This document shows, one piece after another, positions 31,200 to 39,097 of a stretch of DNA of 61,974 nucleotides. How positions within the stretch are numbered: the stretch's first letter is position 1; each line of letters starts with the position of its first letter. The notes beneath the pieces are model-generated. The model was not told where the DNA came from. It saw only the letters and a list, made by a program, of their open reading frames with translations, and did no database searches. The translations under genes and the position numbers were made by a program. The stretch is from an uncultured Candidatus Actinomarina sp. (GTDB taxonomy: Bacteria; Actinomycetota; Acidimicrobiia; Actinomarinales; Actinomarinaceae). The stretch covers positions 1 through 61,974 of the forward strand of contig CABXDM010000003.1 in the NCBI GenBank assembly GCA_902510965.1. Reading direction: 5' to 3'.

Positions 31200-31463
31200 A
31201 TGGATAGCAAAGTATGGGTTTGCCCAAAATGTAGTACCTCTGGTTCAATTCAGGACAAGAAAGATAAAACACGCAACAAAGAATTCGTCTCGACATCACA
31301 CACAAGAGAGAAAGTCTCAATGACTAGTGGTGGACTATCAAAATTTTTTAATGTTCAAAATCAGAAATTTTATGTAATTACTTGCAGTAAGTGTTCATAT
31401 TCAGAGTTTTATAGAGTTGATGTAAAAGCTTGGGAAAATATTATCGACTTTTTTGGAAATTAG
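31200..31463 (+). CDS. Zinc-ribbon domain protein (DUF2082-like)
   Basis: CPKC...GGLSKFFNVQNQKF.VITCSKCSYSEFY. Confidence 0.8.
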   Translation: MDSKVWVCPKCSTSGSIQDKKDKTRNKEFVSTSHTREKVSMTSGGLSKFFNVQNQKFYVITCSKCSYSEFYRVDVKAWENIIDFFGN

Positions 31464-31526
31464 ACTAGTTTTAAATAAAAAATCAAAAATATTTATAAAA
31501 TATAACAACCCTATACTTACTTCCTT

Positions 31527-33350
31527 ATGGCAAAAGAAACAATTAGAAATATTGCAATCATCGCACACGTTGACCATGGAAAAACAACTTTAGTTGACGG
31601 ACTTCTACAGCAAAGTGGGACATTTAGCGACCATCAAGTATTAGAAGATAGAGTAATGGACTCAGGAGATCTTGAAAAAGAAAGAGGCATTACCATAACC
31701 TCAAAAAATACGGCAATTCACTATAACGATATAAAAATTAATATTGTAGACACCCCAGGCCATGCTGATTTTGGTGGAGAGGTCGAAAGAAGTCTCAATT
31801 TAGTAGATGGAGTACTTCTCTTGGTTGACTCCAGTGAAGGTCCGTTACCCCAAACAAGATTTGTTTTGAAAAAAGCACTAGAAAGAGATTTACCTGTAAT
31901 TTTGGTCATTAATAAAATTGACAGACCAGATGCTCGAATTGATGAGGTAGTAGAAGAAGTATATGATTTGTTTATTGATTTAGACGCAAACGATAAACAG
32001 ATAGAATTTCCAATCATCTACACGAATGCAAAAGATGGTATTGCTCATGAGTCTTTAAGTGACGAGTCAAACGATCTAATCCCATTATTAAATCTAATAA
32101 CCACTTTTTTTAGTGGGCCCAATACGGACGACTCCCTTAATCCACAATTTTTAGTAACTAACCTTTCTTATGACTCCTATGTCGGTCAGGTTGCCATAGG
32201 GAGGTTGGACAACGGAATACTTGAGATGAATAAACAATATAGTTTATGTGGAAAAGAGCAAACAGTAAATAATCAAAAGTTTTCAGCTATGTACACATTT
32301 AAAGGCCTTGAAAAGGTAAAAGTCGACACACTTGAATCAGGAGACATTATTGCTATTGCCGGTATAGATAATGTACAGATTGGCGACACCATTTCTAGTA
32401 ATGAGGATCCAAATCCTCTTCCAAGAATTGAAATTGATGAACCAACAGTCTCAATTTTTTTCCATGTAAACAATGGACCATTTGCGGGTAGAGAAGGTAA
32501 ATATGTAACCTCAAGAAATATCAGTGATAGGTTACAGAAAGAAATCTTAAGTAATGTATCTTTGCAAATTATCCCAAGTGAGAAAACAGATGTTTTTGAG
32601 GTTAGGGGTCGAGGAGAGCTTCAAATGGCAGTACTAATTGAAACCATGAGAAGAGAAGGGTACGAGTTTATGGTTTCTAGACCTGAAGTCATCGTTAAAG
32701 AAATTGATGGAAAAAAAAGTGAACCCATGGAAAAAGTTTTTATTGATACACCCGAAGACTATGTAGGCGTAGTTACAGAAAAGCTTTCTAAGAGAAAAGG
32801 CAAAATGACAAATCTCATGAATAATGGTTTTGGAAGAGCAACTCTTGAATTCTCAATTCCCTCTAGGGGTTTAATTGGTTTTAGGAATCAATTCTTAACA
32901 GATACAAGAGGTTCAGGCATAATGAACTCTTTATTTGATGGATACTCACCATGGGCTGGTGAAATACCTCAAAGAACAAATGGAGTATTGATTTCTGATA
33001 GAAATGGAAAGGTCACCCCTTACGCAAGTCTTGCAATGGTTGACAGAGGTATTCTTTTCATCCCTCCAGGTACAGAAGTATTTGAGGGAATGATTATCGG
33101 AGAAAGAAATAATGAAGGCGATTTAGAGGTAAATATTACAAAAGAAAAGAAACTTACAAACCATCGCGCGTCAGGATCAGATGAAACAATCCCACTTAGA
33201 CCCCCACAACTAATGTCTTTAGATCAATGCATAGAATTTATTTCAGAGGGTGAGTTTGTAGAAGTCACACCAGAGTCAATAAGGTTAAGAAAATCTGAAC
33301 TTAATGCTACCCAACGTGCATTAAATAAAAAGAAAGAGAAAACCAGATAA
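31527..33350 (+). CDS. typA: Translational GTPase TypA/BipA
   Basis: RNIAIIAHVDHGKTTLVD, ERGITI, DTPGHADFGGEVER, GRGELQ, EVTPESIRLRK. Confidence 0.97.
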   Translation: MAKETIRNIAIIAHVDHGKTTLVDGLLQQSGTFSDHQVLEDRVMDSGDLEKERGITITSKNTAIHYNDIKINIVDTPGHADFGGEVERSLNLVDGVLLLVDSSEGPLPQTRFVLKKALERDLPVILVINKIDRPDARIDEVVEEVYDLFIDLDANDKQIEFPIIYTNAKDGIAHESLSDESNDLIPLLNLITTFFSGPNTDDSLNPQFLVTNLSYDSYVGQVAIGRLDNGILEMNKQYSLCGKEQTVNNQKFSAMYTFKGLEKVKVDTLESGDIIAIAGIDNVQIGDTISSNEDPNPLPRIEIDEPTVSIFFHVNNGPFAGREGKYVTSRNISDRLQKEILSNVSLQIIPSEKTDVFEVRGRGELQMAVLIETMRREGYEFMVSRPEVIVKEIDGKKSEPMEKVFIDTPEDYVGVVTEKLSKRKGKMTNLMNNGFGRATLEFSIPSRGLIGFRNQFLTDTRGSGIMNSLFDGYSPWAGEIPQRTNGVLISDRNGKVTPYASLAMVDRGILFIPPGTEVFEGMIIGERNNEGDLEVNITKEKKLTNHRASGSDETIPLRPPQLMSLDQCIEFISEGEFVEVTPESIRLRKSELNATQRALNKKKEKTR

Positions 33351-33413
33351 CTCAGTCTGTAGAGCACTTGTCTGAAAAACAAGGGGTCGGGAGTTCGATT
33401 CTGCCTCTGGCCA
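33341..33413 (+). pseudogene. Degenerate tRNA-Phe(GAA), overlapping the last codons of typA
   Basis: Cloverleaf with perfect anticodon arm CTTGT-CTGAAAA-ACAAG and T-loop TTCGATT, but A1:C72, A2:C71, A10:C25 and G51:G63 mismatches and T instead of G18. Confidence 0.8.
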
Positions 33414-33504
33414 CAATAAAAATAGGCTCTATTAGTCTTTACAAACAAACTTAATGATTTGATACGAATTCTGTTATTGCTGATGGTTTATTATTATTGT
33501 CATT

Positions 33505-34134
33505 ATGGAAAGACAAAAACCATTACTTCGAGGGACTTTTCACCAGGCTATGTTTTTTATTGCTGTCGGGGCGTGCCCACCCCTAATTATTAAGAGTAGT
33601 AATGCATCTGAGTATGTTGCTACAGCAATTTATTCGGCTGCTGTAATGATGATGTTTGGATTTAGTGCCCTCTACCACAAATTCGACTGGAATAAATTAA
33701 CAAAAAAAAGAATGAGAAAGTTGGATCATATTGGAATCTTCATAATGATTGCTGGAACAGCGACACCTTTAGCACTTTTAATCACTCCGTGGCCAGATGG
33801 ATTAATCTTACTGATTTTAATTTGGTGTGTTGCTTTGTTGGGTGCTTTACAAATTATTTATTTCCCGAATATTAATACATTTGTAAATGTAGCTGTATAT
33901 GTATGTATGAGTCTTATCCTCCTACCTTATCTATTGAGGATGTTTGATATGTTTACTACAGCTAACAGCATTCTGATGATTTTAGGCATTTTACTTTACA
34001 TTATTGGTGCAACTAGTTTTGGTCTACAGTATCCAAAACTAGCACCAAAAATTTTTGGATATCATGAAGTTTGGCATTCTTTTGTTTCAGTGGCTGCAAT
34101 TCTACATTTTATTGTTATCTATTCGATAATTTAA
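33505..34134 (+). CDS. Hemolysin III / PAQR family membrane protein
   Basis: KPLLRGTFH, SALYH, RKLDHIGIFIMIAGTATP, FGYHEVWH. Confidence 0.9.
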   Translation: MERQKPLLRGTFHQAMFFIAVGACPPLIIKSSNASEYVATAIYSAAVMMMFGFSALYHKFDWNKLTKKRMRKLDHIGIFIMIAGTATPLALLITPWPDGLILLILIWCVALLGALQIIYFPNINTFVNVAVYVCMSLILLPYLLRMFDMFTTANSILMILGILLYIIGATSFGLQYPKLAPKIFGYHEVWHSFVSVAAILHFIVIYSII

Positions 34135-34173
34135 TTATTCAGGATTCAAAATCTAGTAAAACATAATTTCGCC

Positions 34174-34207
34174 CTTATCTGAAAAACAAGGGGTGGGCAG
34201 TTTCATT
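34174..34207 (+). repeat. Second, decayed copy of the tRNA-Phe anticodon/T-arm segment
   Basis: CTTATCTGAAAAACAAGGGGTGGGCAGTTTCATT matches 33367-33400 at 29 of 34 positions without gaps. Confidence 0.85.
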
Positions 34208-34237
34208 TAGGTTACCAAATATGCCTGAAAGACAATA

Positions 34238-35089
34238 CTATAAAGCTTGAATCCAGTCTTCAGGATTATCATCAACAAAAAAGTCTGAAACCAGTGTCGC
34301 ATCTGAATCAATAGCATATTGATCAAAGTCCGTAACACCCTCTTCTTCTAAAACATCTTGGTCTAAAAAGAAATTTCCTGTACAGGTTGAGGAATCTCTT
34401 TTTAGTACTGCATATGCAGCGTCTGCGTATATAGATGGTTTTCTAGACCCTTTTACCAATTCTGCACCAATAACATTTCTAACGGCTGCTGTATCTAAAG
34501 ATGTCCTTGGCCACAAGCAATTTGAAGCAATACCATCTTTTTGAAATTCTTCAGCAAGTCCGTGGGCTACCAAAGACATTCCATATTTAGCTGTTGTGTA
34601 AGCCAAGGTAATCCCAAACCATTTTCTAGAAATATCCAAAGGTGGTGATAAAGTCAAAATATGTGCGTTTTCACTTTTCTTTAGATGCGGAATACATTGT
34701 TGACTTAATAGAAATGTTCCACGTACATTAATATTATGCATTAGGTCATATCTTTTCATAGGAGTGTTTACAGTATCAGACAAGTGAATTGCACTTGCAT
34801 TATTTATGCAAATATCGATTCCTCCAAATTTTTCTACACCTTGGGCAACAGCTGAAGCAACTTGTTCTTCGAATCTTATATCACAAACCACAGGTAAGGC
34901 ATTTCCTCCGACTGCCTCGATTTCTTCGGCAGCTGTATAAATAGTTCCAGGCAGGGTTGGATGAGGTTCAGTAGTTTTTGCTAATATGATTACATTTGCT
35001 CCATCTTTACCCAATGTTTTTGCAATCTCTAGACCTACACCTCTAGAGCCACCACTCATGATTATTGTTTTATTTTTAAAATTTTCCAT
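34238..35089 (-). CDS. Short-chain dehydrogenase (HSDL2-like NAD(P)-dependent oxidoreductase)
   Basis: SGGSRGVG, KTTEPHPTLPGTI, INNASAI, YTTAK, NCLWPRT. Confidence 0.9.
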   Translation of the reverse strand: MENFKNKTIIMSGGSRGVGLEIAKTLGKDGANVIILAKTTEPHPTLPGTIYTAAEEIEAVGGNALPVVCDIRFEEQVASAVAQGVEKFGGIDICINNASAIHLSDTVNTPMKRYDLMHNINVRGTFLLSQQCIPHLKKSENAHILTLSPPLDISRKWFGITLAYTTAKYGMSLVAHGLAEEFQKDGIASNCLWPRTSLDTAAVRNVIGAELVKGSRKPSIYADAAYAVLKRDSSTCTGNFFLDQDVLEEEGVTDFDQYAIDSDATLVSDFFVDDNPEDWIQAL

Positions 35090-35101
35090 AGATGTATTCT
35101 A

Positions 35102-36364
35102 TTAAAATTGGGTCTCTTCTGTGGAGTTTTTCTTAGAAAGAAGTTCTGAATCATTACCCATAACTATTTCCCCAATAGATTCGAAATAATCTCCACCAAC
35201 TTCTTGCTGGTGTTTAATAGCTGTATATCCTTCTTTGGAGAGTTTTAATTCATACTCTTGCAAGTCAACAATTGCCTTCATGTTTCCACCTTTATAATTA
35301 TTTGCCAGGTTATACATAGAGCTAGACATTGAATGAAAACCAGCTAAAGAAACAAATTGCAGTCTATAACCAAATTCAGAGAGATTCTTTTGAAAATTTG
35401 TTATCTCTATATCTGTAAATTTATCTGTCCAGTTAAAAGACGGAGAGCAGTTATAGGCAAGAATTTTGTCAGGGTAATGTTTTTTTATTTCTGATGCAAA
35501 TTCTTGCGCAAATCCAAGATCAGGGGTGTTTGTTTCACACCAAATAACATCAGCATATTTTGCATAAGCTAAAGATTTTGTGATTGCCATTTCTTCATTT
35601 TTCACAATTGGGTAATAACCATCAGATGATCTTTTATTACTTAAAAAGGGTCTATCAGTTTCATCAAAATCAGAAGTCATTAGTTTTGCATTTAATGAAT
35701 CTGTTCTTGCTATAAGAACAATCGGAGATCCAAGAACATCTGAAGCAAGTCTTGCCGAAGTTAATTTGTTTATATATTCATGGGTTGGAATCACTACTTT
35801 TCCACCCATGTGCCCACACTTTTTTTCAGAAGCTAGCTGGTCTTCAAAATGTAATCCCGATACTCCTGATTTAATAAATTGAGAAGTTAATTCAAAGACA
35901 TTGTAGACGCCACCAAAACCTGATTCAGCGTCAGCGATAACTGGAGGTACAGCTTTTTTTTCTAATTCAACCATTTTTCTTAATAGCGTGTTATTAATTT
36001 TTTCTACAAAATTTGGACCACTGTTTGAAGGGTATAGAGATAGATCTGGATATGTGTTCGTTCCGCCGTTACTTTCTGCAGCTACCTGCCACCCACTTAC
36101 ATAAATAAATTCATAATCTAGGTTGAACATTTGTAGTGCTTGTTGAGTTGTTATCGCACCTAGCCCAGAAATAAATTGATCATCTCTGTTTAAAAGTGAC
36201 CAGAGCTTTTCAGCTCCAGTTTTTGATATGGGGCTAATTGTTTCAAAAGGAGCTCTTAATTTTTTTATGTCATTTGACGAATATCTTCTAGAGATATTTT
36301 TCCAACGATCTGATTCAATATAGCTTTTTATACTTTCAAGTTCATCAAAAGCTTCATTCATCAT
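35102..36364 (-). CDS. aceA: Isocitrate lyase
   Basis: YVSGWQVAA, ADAESGFGG, catalytic KKCGHMGGK, AYNCSPSFNW, KHQQEVG. Confidence 0.95.
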   Translation of the reverse strand: MMNEAFDELESIKSYIESDRWKNISRRYSSNDIKKLRAPFETISPISKTGAEKLWSLLNRDDQFISGLGAITTQQALQMFNLDYEFIYVSGWQVAAESNGGTNTYPDLSLYPSNSGPNFVEKINNTLLRKMVELEKKAVPPVIADAESGFGGVYNVFELTSQFIKSGVSGLHFEDQLASEKKCGHMGGKVVIPTHEYINKLTSARLASDVLGSPIVLIARTDSLNAKLMTSDFDETDRPFLSNKRSSDGYYPIVKNEEMAITKSLAYAKYADVIWCETNTPDLGFAQEFASEIKKHYPDKILAYNCSPSFNWTDKFTDIEITNFQKNLSEFGYRLQFVSLAGFHSMSSSMYNLANNYKGGNMKAIVDLQEYELKLSKEGYTAIKHQQEVGGDYFESIGEIVMGNDSELLSKKNSTEETQF

Positions 36365-36370
36365 AAAAAG

Positions 36371-37417
36371 TTAAAGTTGACTAGCAGCAACAGAGGCGAT
36401 GATGACCGTAAGTGTGATTATTCCAAGGGCAGTAATAAGTACTTCATTTTTTGTAATTTTTATTTTTGGACCAGCACTCATCACAGCAGAAAATGTCAAT
36501 ATTGCTGCTGAGATTATCAATGCAAAGAGCGGTGCGTAATCATGAAAGTTTATGAAAACTTGTGCAATTAAAAATGCTATTAAACCACCAACCATGATTG
36601 CGCTTAAAGGTATGACAGCGGAACCCGTAATTCTATTTCTTATAATTTGTGCTTCCTCTTCTTCAAAAACGTCAAGTCCCTTGGGTACTCCCAAAACCAC
36701 TGAAAGCATGGAAATTAGAGCCTGAAATATAGTAGAAAGCAAAAGTATCCTCCAGAAGGAGCCGAAAACTGGTAATAGGAAAACAGTAGGATCTTCAGGA
36801 AGGATTGGTTCAATAGTTTGCCCAATCGAAGAAGTTATAAAGAATCCGGAGATGGATCCAAAAATAAGTCCCAAACCAATTCCTTGAAAAATAGACTCTC
36901 TATCTGTTGTTTTTATCCCGTGTCCAATAAAATTTGACTCTAATAATTTTTTAATGTTTACAGTATTGAGAACTCCAAAAAATGTTGTTAATGCAGTAAG
37001 GGCAGCAATATAAGTAGTTTTTTGATAGTCGGTTATAAGGTTAAAAGTTTCGGATTCGAGGATTAACCCATCATAAAGATAAGTGCTAATGGCAATTGCT
37101 TGTATGAATCCAGTTACAACTCCAAAGAGCGCACCATATTGGACTGCACGGCCAATTTTTGAAAATAGGTCTGCAGGAGGTTCAATAGCTTCTTCGATAA
37201 CAGGTGCTACCACAGCTTCTTCGATAACAGGTGCTACCACAGCTTCTTCGATAACAGGTGTAGGGGCAACTTCTGTGGGTGTACCACCTGACCAGCTAGA
37301 TAGAACTGCATTTACATCTGTACCATTTGCTTCTGCTCTTGCCTGCGCTGACCTAGAGACAAGCATTTGAGGAACACCAGTAGTGTTGCTAATCTCTTCT
37401 ATAAGTTTTTCATCCAT
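36371..37417 (-). CDS. Unknown multi-pass membrane protein at end of cox operon
   Basis: Soluble N-terminal domain, Pro/Glu/Ala linker, about 7 hydrophobic segments; 17 bp after ctaG and 6 bp before aceA. Confidence 0.75.
   Translation of the reverse strand: MDEKLIEEISNTTGVPQMLVSRSAQARAEANGTDVNAVLSSWSGGTPTEVAPTPVIEEAVVAPVIEEAVVAPVIEEAIEPPADLFSKIGRAVQYGALFGVVTGFIQAIAISTYLYDGLILESETFNLITDYQKTTYIAALTALTTFFGVLNTVNIKKLLESNFIGHGIKTTDRESIFQGIGLGLIFGSISGFFITSSIGQTIEPILPEDPTVFLLPVFGSFWRILLLSTIFQALISMLSVVLGVPKGLDVFEEEEAQIIRNRITGSAVIPLSAIMVGGLIAFLIAQVFINFHDYAPLFALIISAAILTFSAVMSAGPKIKITKNEVLITALGIITLTVIIASVAASQL
37187..37260. repeat. In-frame 27-bp tandem repeat (about 2.7 copies; APVIEEAVV linker)
   Basis: AGCTTCTTCGATAACAGGTGCTACCAC at 37187 and 37214, plus a 20-bp partial copy at 37241. 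Confidence 0.95.
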
Positions 37418-37434
37418 AATGTTCTTATCAAATT

Positions 37435-38214
37435 TTAGTCGTTAGTGGAAGTTCTAACTACATCATCAAAGGTTTTTTCAGTTTTGTACCATTTCATCCA
37501 AGTTATAAGTATAAAGATCCAGAGTATCAATCCTCCGCCAAGTTTCAGAACAAGACCAGCCATGGTTTGATCGTTAATTACGGAAACATTAAAAATATTA
37601 TCAACTTCGAGGTATGCAGAATAAAGTGGTTCAGTTCCAAAAGCTAAAAAGCTAGCGGGAATTGTTGGTAGTAATGATTGCATAAAAAGGTAAGCTATTT
37701 TTCCAGGATTACTTAATTGTTTAATCTCTTTGGTGAGACCAATAACAGGAATCCACATATTTAGAGAGACTAAAAGCATTACACCATGAATAAAAAAATG
37801 AAAAATAGTATTTGTAACCATAAGGTTTATAACCGTTGTCCAATGCATTCCAACCATGACGAAATTAAATAAGAAAAATGCAACAACAGGTTTGGTAGTA
37901 ATTTGCAATAAGGCAATTAAAGGTCTGATCGAAATAAGTTTCTTTTGAGCACTATTTAAACCATTAAGCAAAAGAGGGGGAGCAATCAATGCTAAAACTA
38001 AGTGTTCAGCTGAGTGAACCGAAAACAAGTATTTTTCACCAATATCATGAATTGGCCAATCCGTAAAAAGCCATAAGATAAAAAGACCAGAATACCATGA
38101 TTTTCTTTTGCTCTTTTTTATTGAAGAACTATCAGTGGAGTATTCAAAAAAAATTATTAATGTAACAATAAGTGCCCAGACATCATAATGAGGGTGCCAA
38201 ACTAGATTTTCCAT
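37435..38214 (-). CDS. ctaG: Cytochrome c oxidase caa3 assembly factor CtaG
   Basis: DWPIHDIGEKYLFSVHSAEH, APPLLL, GMHW, DQTMAGLVLK; located in the cox operon. Confidence 0.85.
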   Translation of the reverse strand: MENLVWHPHYDVWALIVTLIIFFEYSTDSSSIKKSKRKSWYSGLFILWLFTDWPIHDIGEKYLFSVHSAEHLVLALIAPPLLLNGLNSAQKKLISIRPLIALLQITTKPVVAFFLFNFVMVGMHWTTVINLMVTNTIFHFFIHGVMLLVSLNMWIPVIGLTKEIKQLSNPGKIAYLFMQSLLPTIPASFLAFGTEPLYSAYLEVDNIFNVSVINDQTMAGLVLKLGGGLILWIFILITWMKWYKTEKTFDDVVRTSTND

Positions 38215-38513
38215 TAAATAAAGTTTGCTGCTGCTCTTTCAAACATAACAATAGCAAATAGAATAAGAGCTAAAATCATTCCACCTGTAAAAAATTTATT
38301 AATTAATGAATCTTCAAATCTCAAGTGCATAAACCAGCCAACTACAATCACAAATTTTCCAACAGCTAAAATTATAAGCAACGGATCAGTAAACACTCCA
38401 ACTACGTCTTCGGTGTAATATAAGGCAACTTCGATAGCTGTTAATACACCTAAAACTAGAGCTATTTGAACATACTGAACTGGCTTTGGATGGGGTTTGT
38501 GATCAACAGACAT
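38214..38513 (-). CDS. Cytochrome c oxidase subunit IV family protein
   Basis: YVQIALVLGVLTAIEV, KFVIVVGWFMHLRFE. Start set at ATG 38513 (TAATG coupling). Confidence 0.85.
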   Translation of the reverse strand: MSVDHKPHPKPVQYVQIALVLGVLTAIEVALYYTEDVVGVFTDPLLIILAVGKFVIVVGWFMHLRFEDSLINKFFTGGMILALILFAIVMFERAAANFI

Positions 38514-39097
38514 TATATTAAGTACACAACTGTAAAAAGTACAATCCAAACGATGTCAACAAAATGCCAATACAAGGCTACAAATTCTAGATTCATACCA
38601 CCATCTAAAGAGAGTCCATTTTGTCTTTGACCTATGCTCCAGAGGGCGATAAGAAGAACTACGCCTATAAATACATGAAGACCATGAAAACCCGTCAAAA
38701 CATAAAAAGTCGAGCTGAATATGTTTGAAGAAAGCACGAATCCTTCATGATAGAACTCTGTAAACTCATAGATTTGTCCAGCTAAAAAAACAGCACCCAA
38801 CATTGCAGTGGAGAGCAACCAGACTCTTGTCTTTTCCTGATCACCATTCTCTAAAGCATTATGAGCAAGAACCATAGTCAAAGAGCTCATTAACAATACG
38901 AAAGAGCTAACAGATGTAAAAGGTATGTCGTAAACATCAGAAAGTTTAATCCCTGGAAAGTCTCTCCCTTTAAAAATCATAAATGTGGTTATTAACGTTC
39001 CAAAGAATAATATTTCGGTAGAAAGAAATACCCACATCCCAAGTTTTCTCGTCTCAACCCCTGTAGGTTCGTGCGGGTAAGAGTGAGAATCACTCAT
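38513..39097 (-). CDS. ctaE: Heme-copper oxidase subunit III
   Basis: LGMWVFLSTEILFF, FLAGQIYEF, TGFHGLHV, YWHFVDIVW. Confidence 0.93.
   Translation of the reverse strand: MSDSHSYPHEPTGVETRKLGMWVFLSTEILFFGTLITTFMIFKGRDFPGIKLSDVYDIPFTSVSSFVLLMSSLTMVLAHNALENGDQEKTRVWLLSTAMLGAVFLAGQIYEFTEFYHEGFVLSSNIFSSTFYVLTGFHGLHVFIGVVLLIALWSIGQRQNGLSLDGGMNLEFVALYWHFVDIVWIVLFTVVYLI

Noticed and set aside
33341-33413. Calling this a normal functional tRNA-Phe
   Set aside because: Four stem mismatches, loss of G18 and overlap with typA; reported as degenerate instead.
33224-33448. 74-aa minus-strand ORF
   Set aside because: Antisense shadow of the typA end and the tRNA-like element.
33505-34134. Hemolysin III as a virulence factor
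   Set aside because: The family is a widespread PAQR-type membrane protein; the name is not evidence of toxicity.
33367-34207. Active prophage or integrative element at the tRNA repeats
   Set aside because: No integrase, transposase or phage gene nearby, and both repeats are decayed.
11723-37260. Tandem repeats as CRISPR arrays
   Set aside because: Units are adjacent with no spacers, in frame within coding regions, and there are no cas genes.
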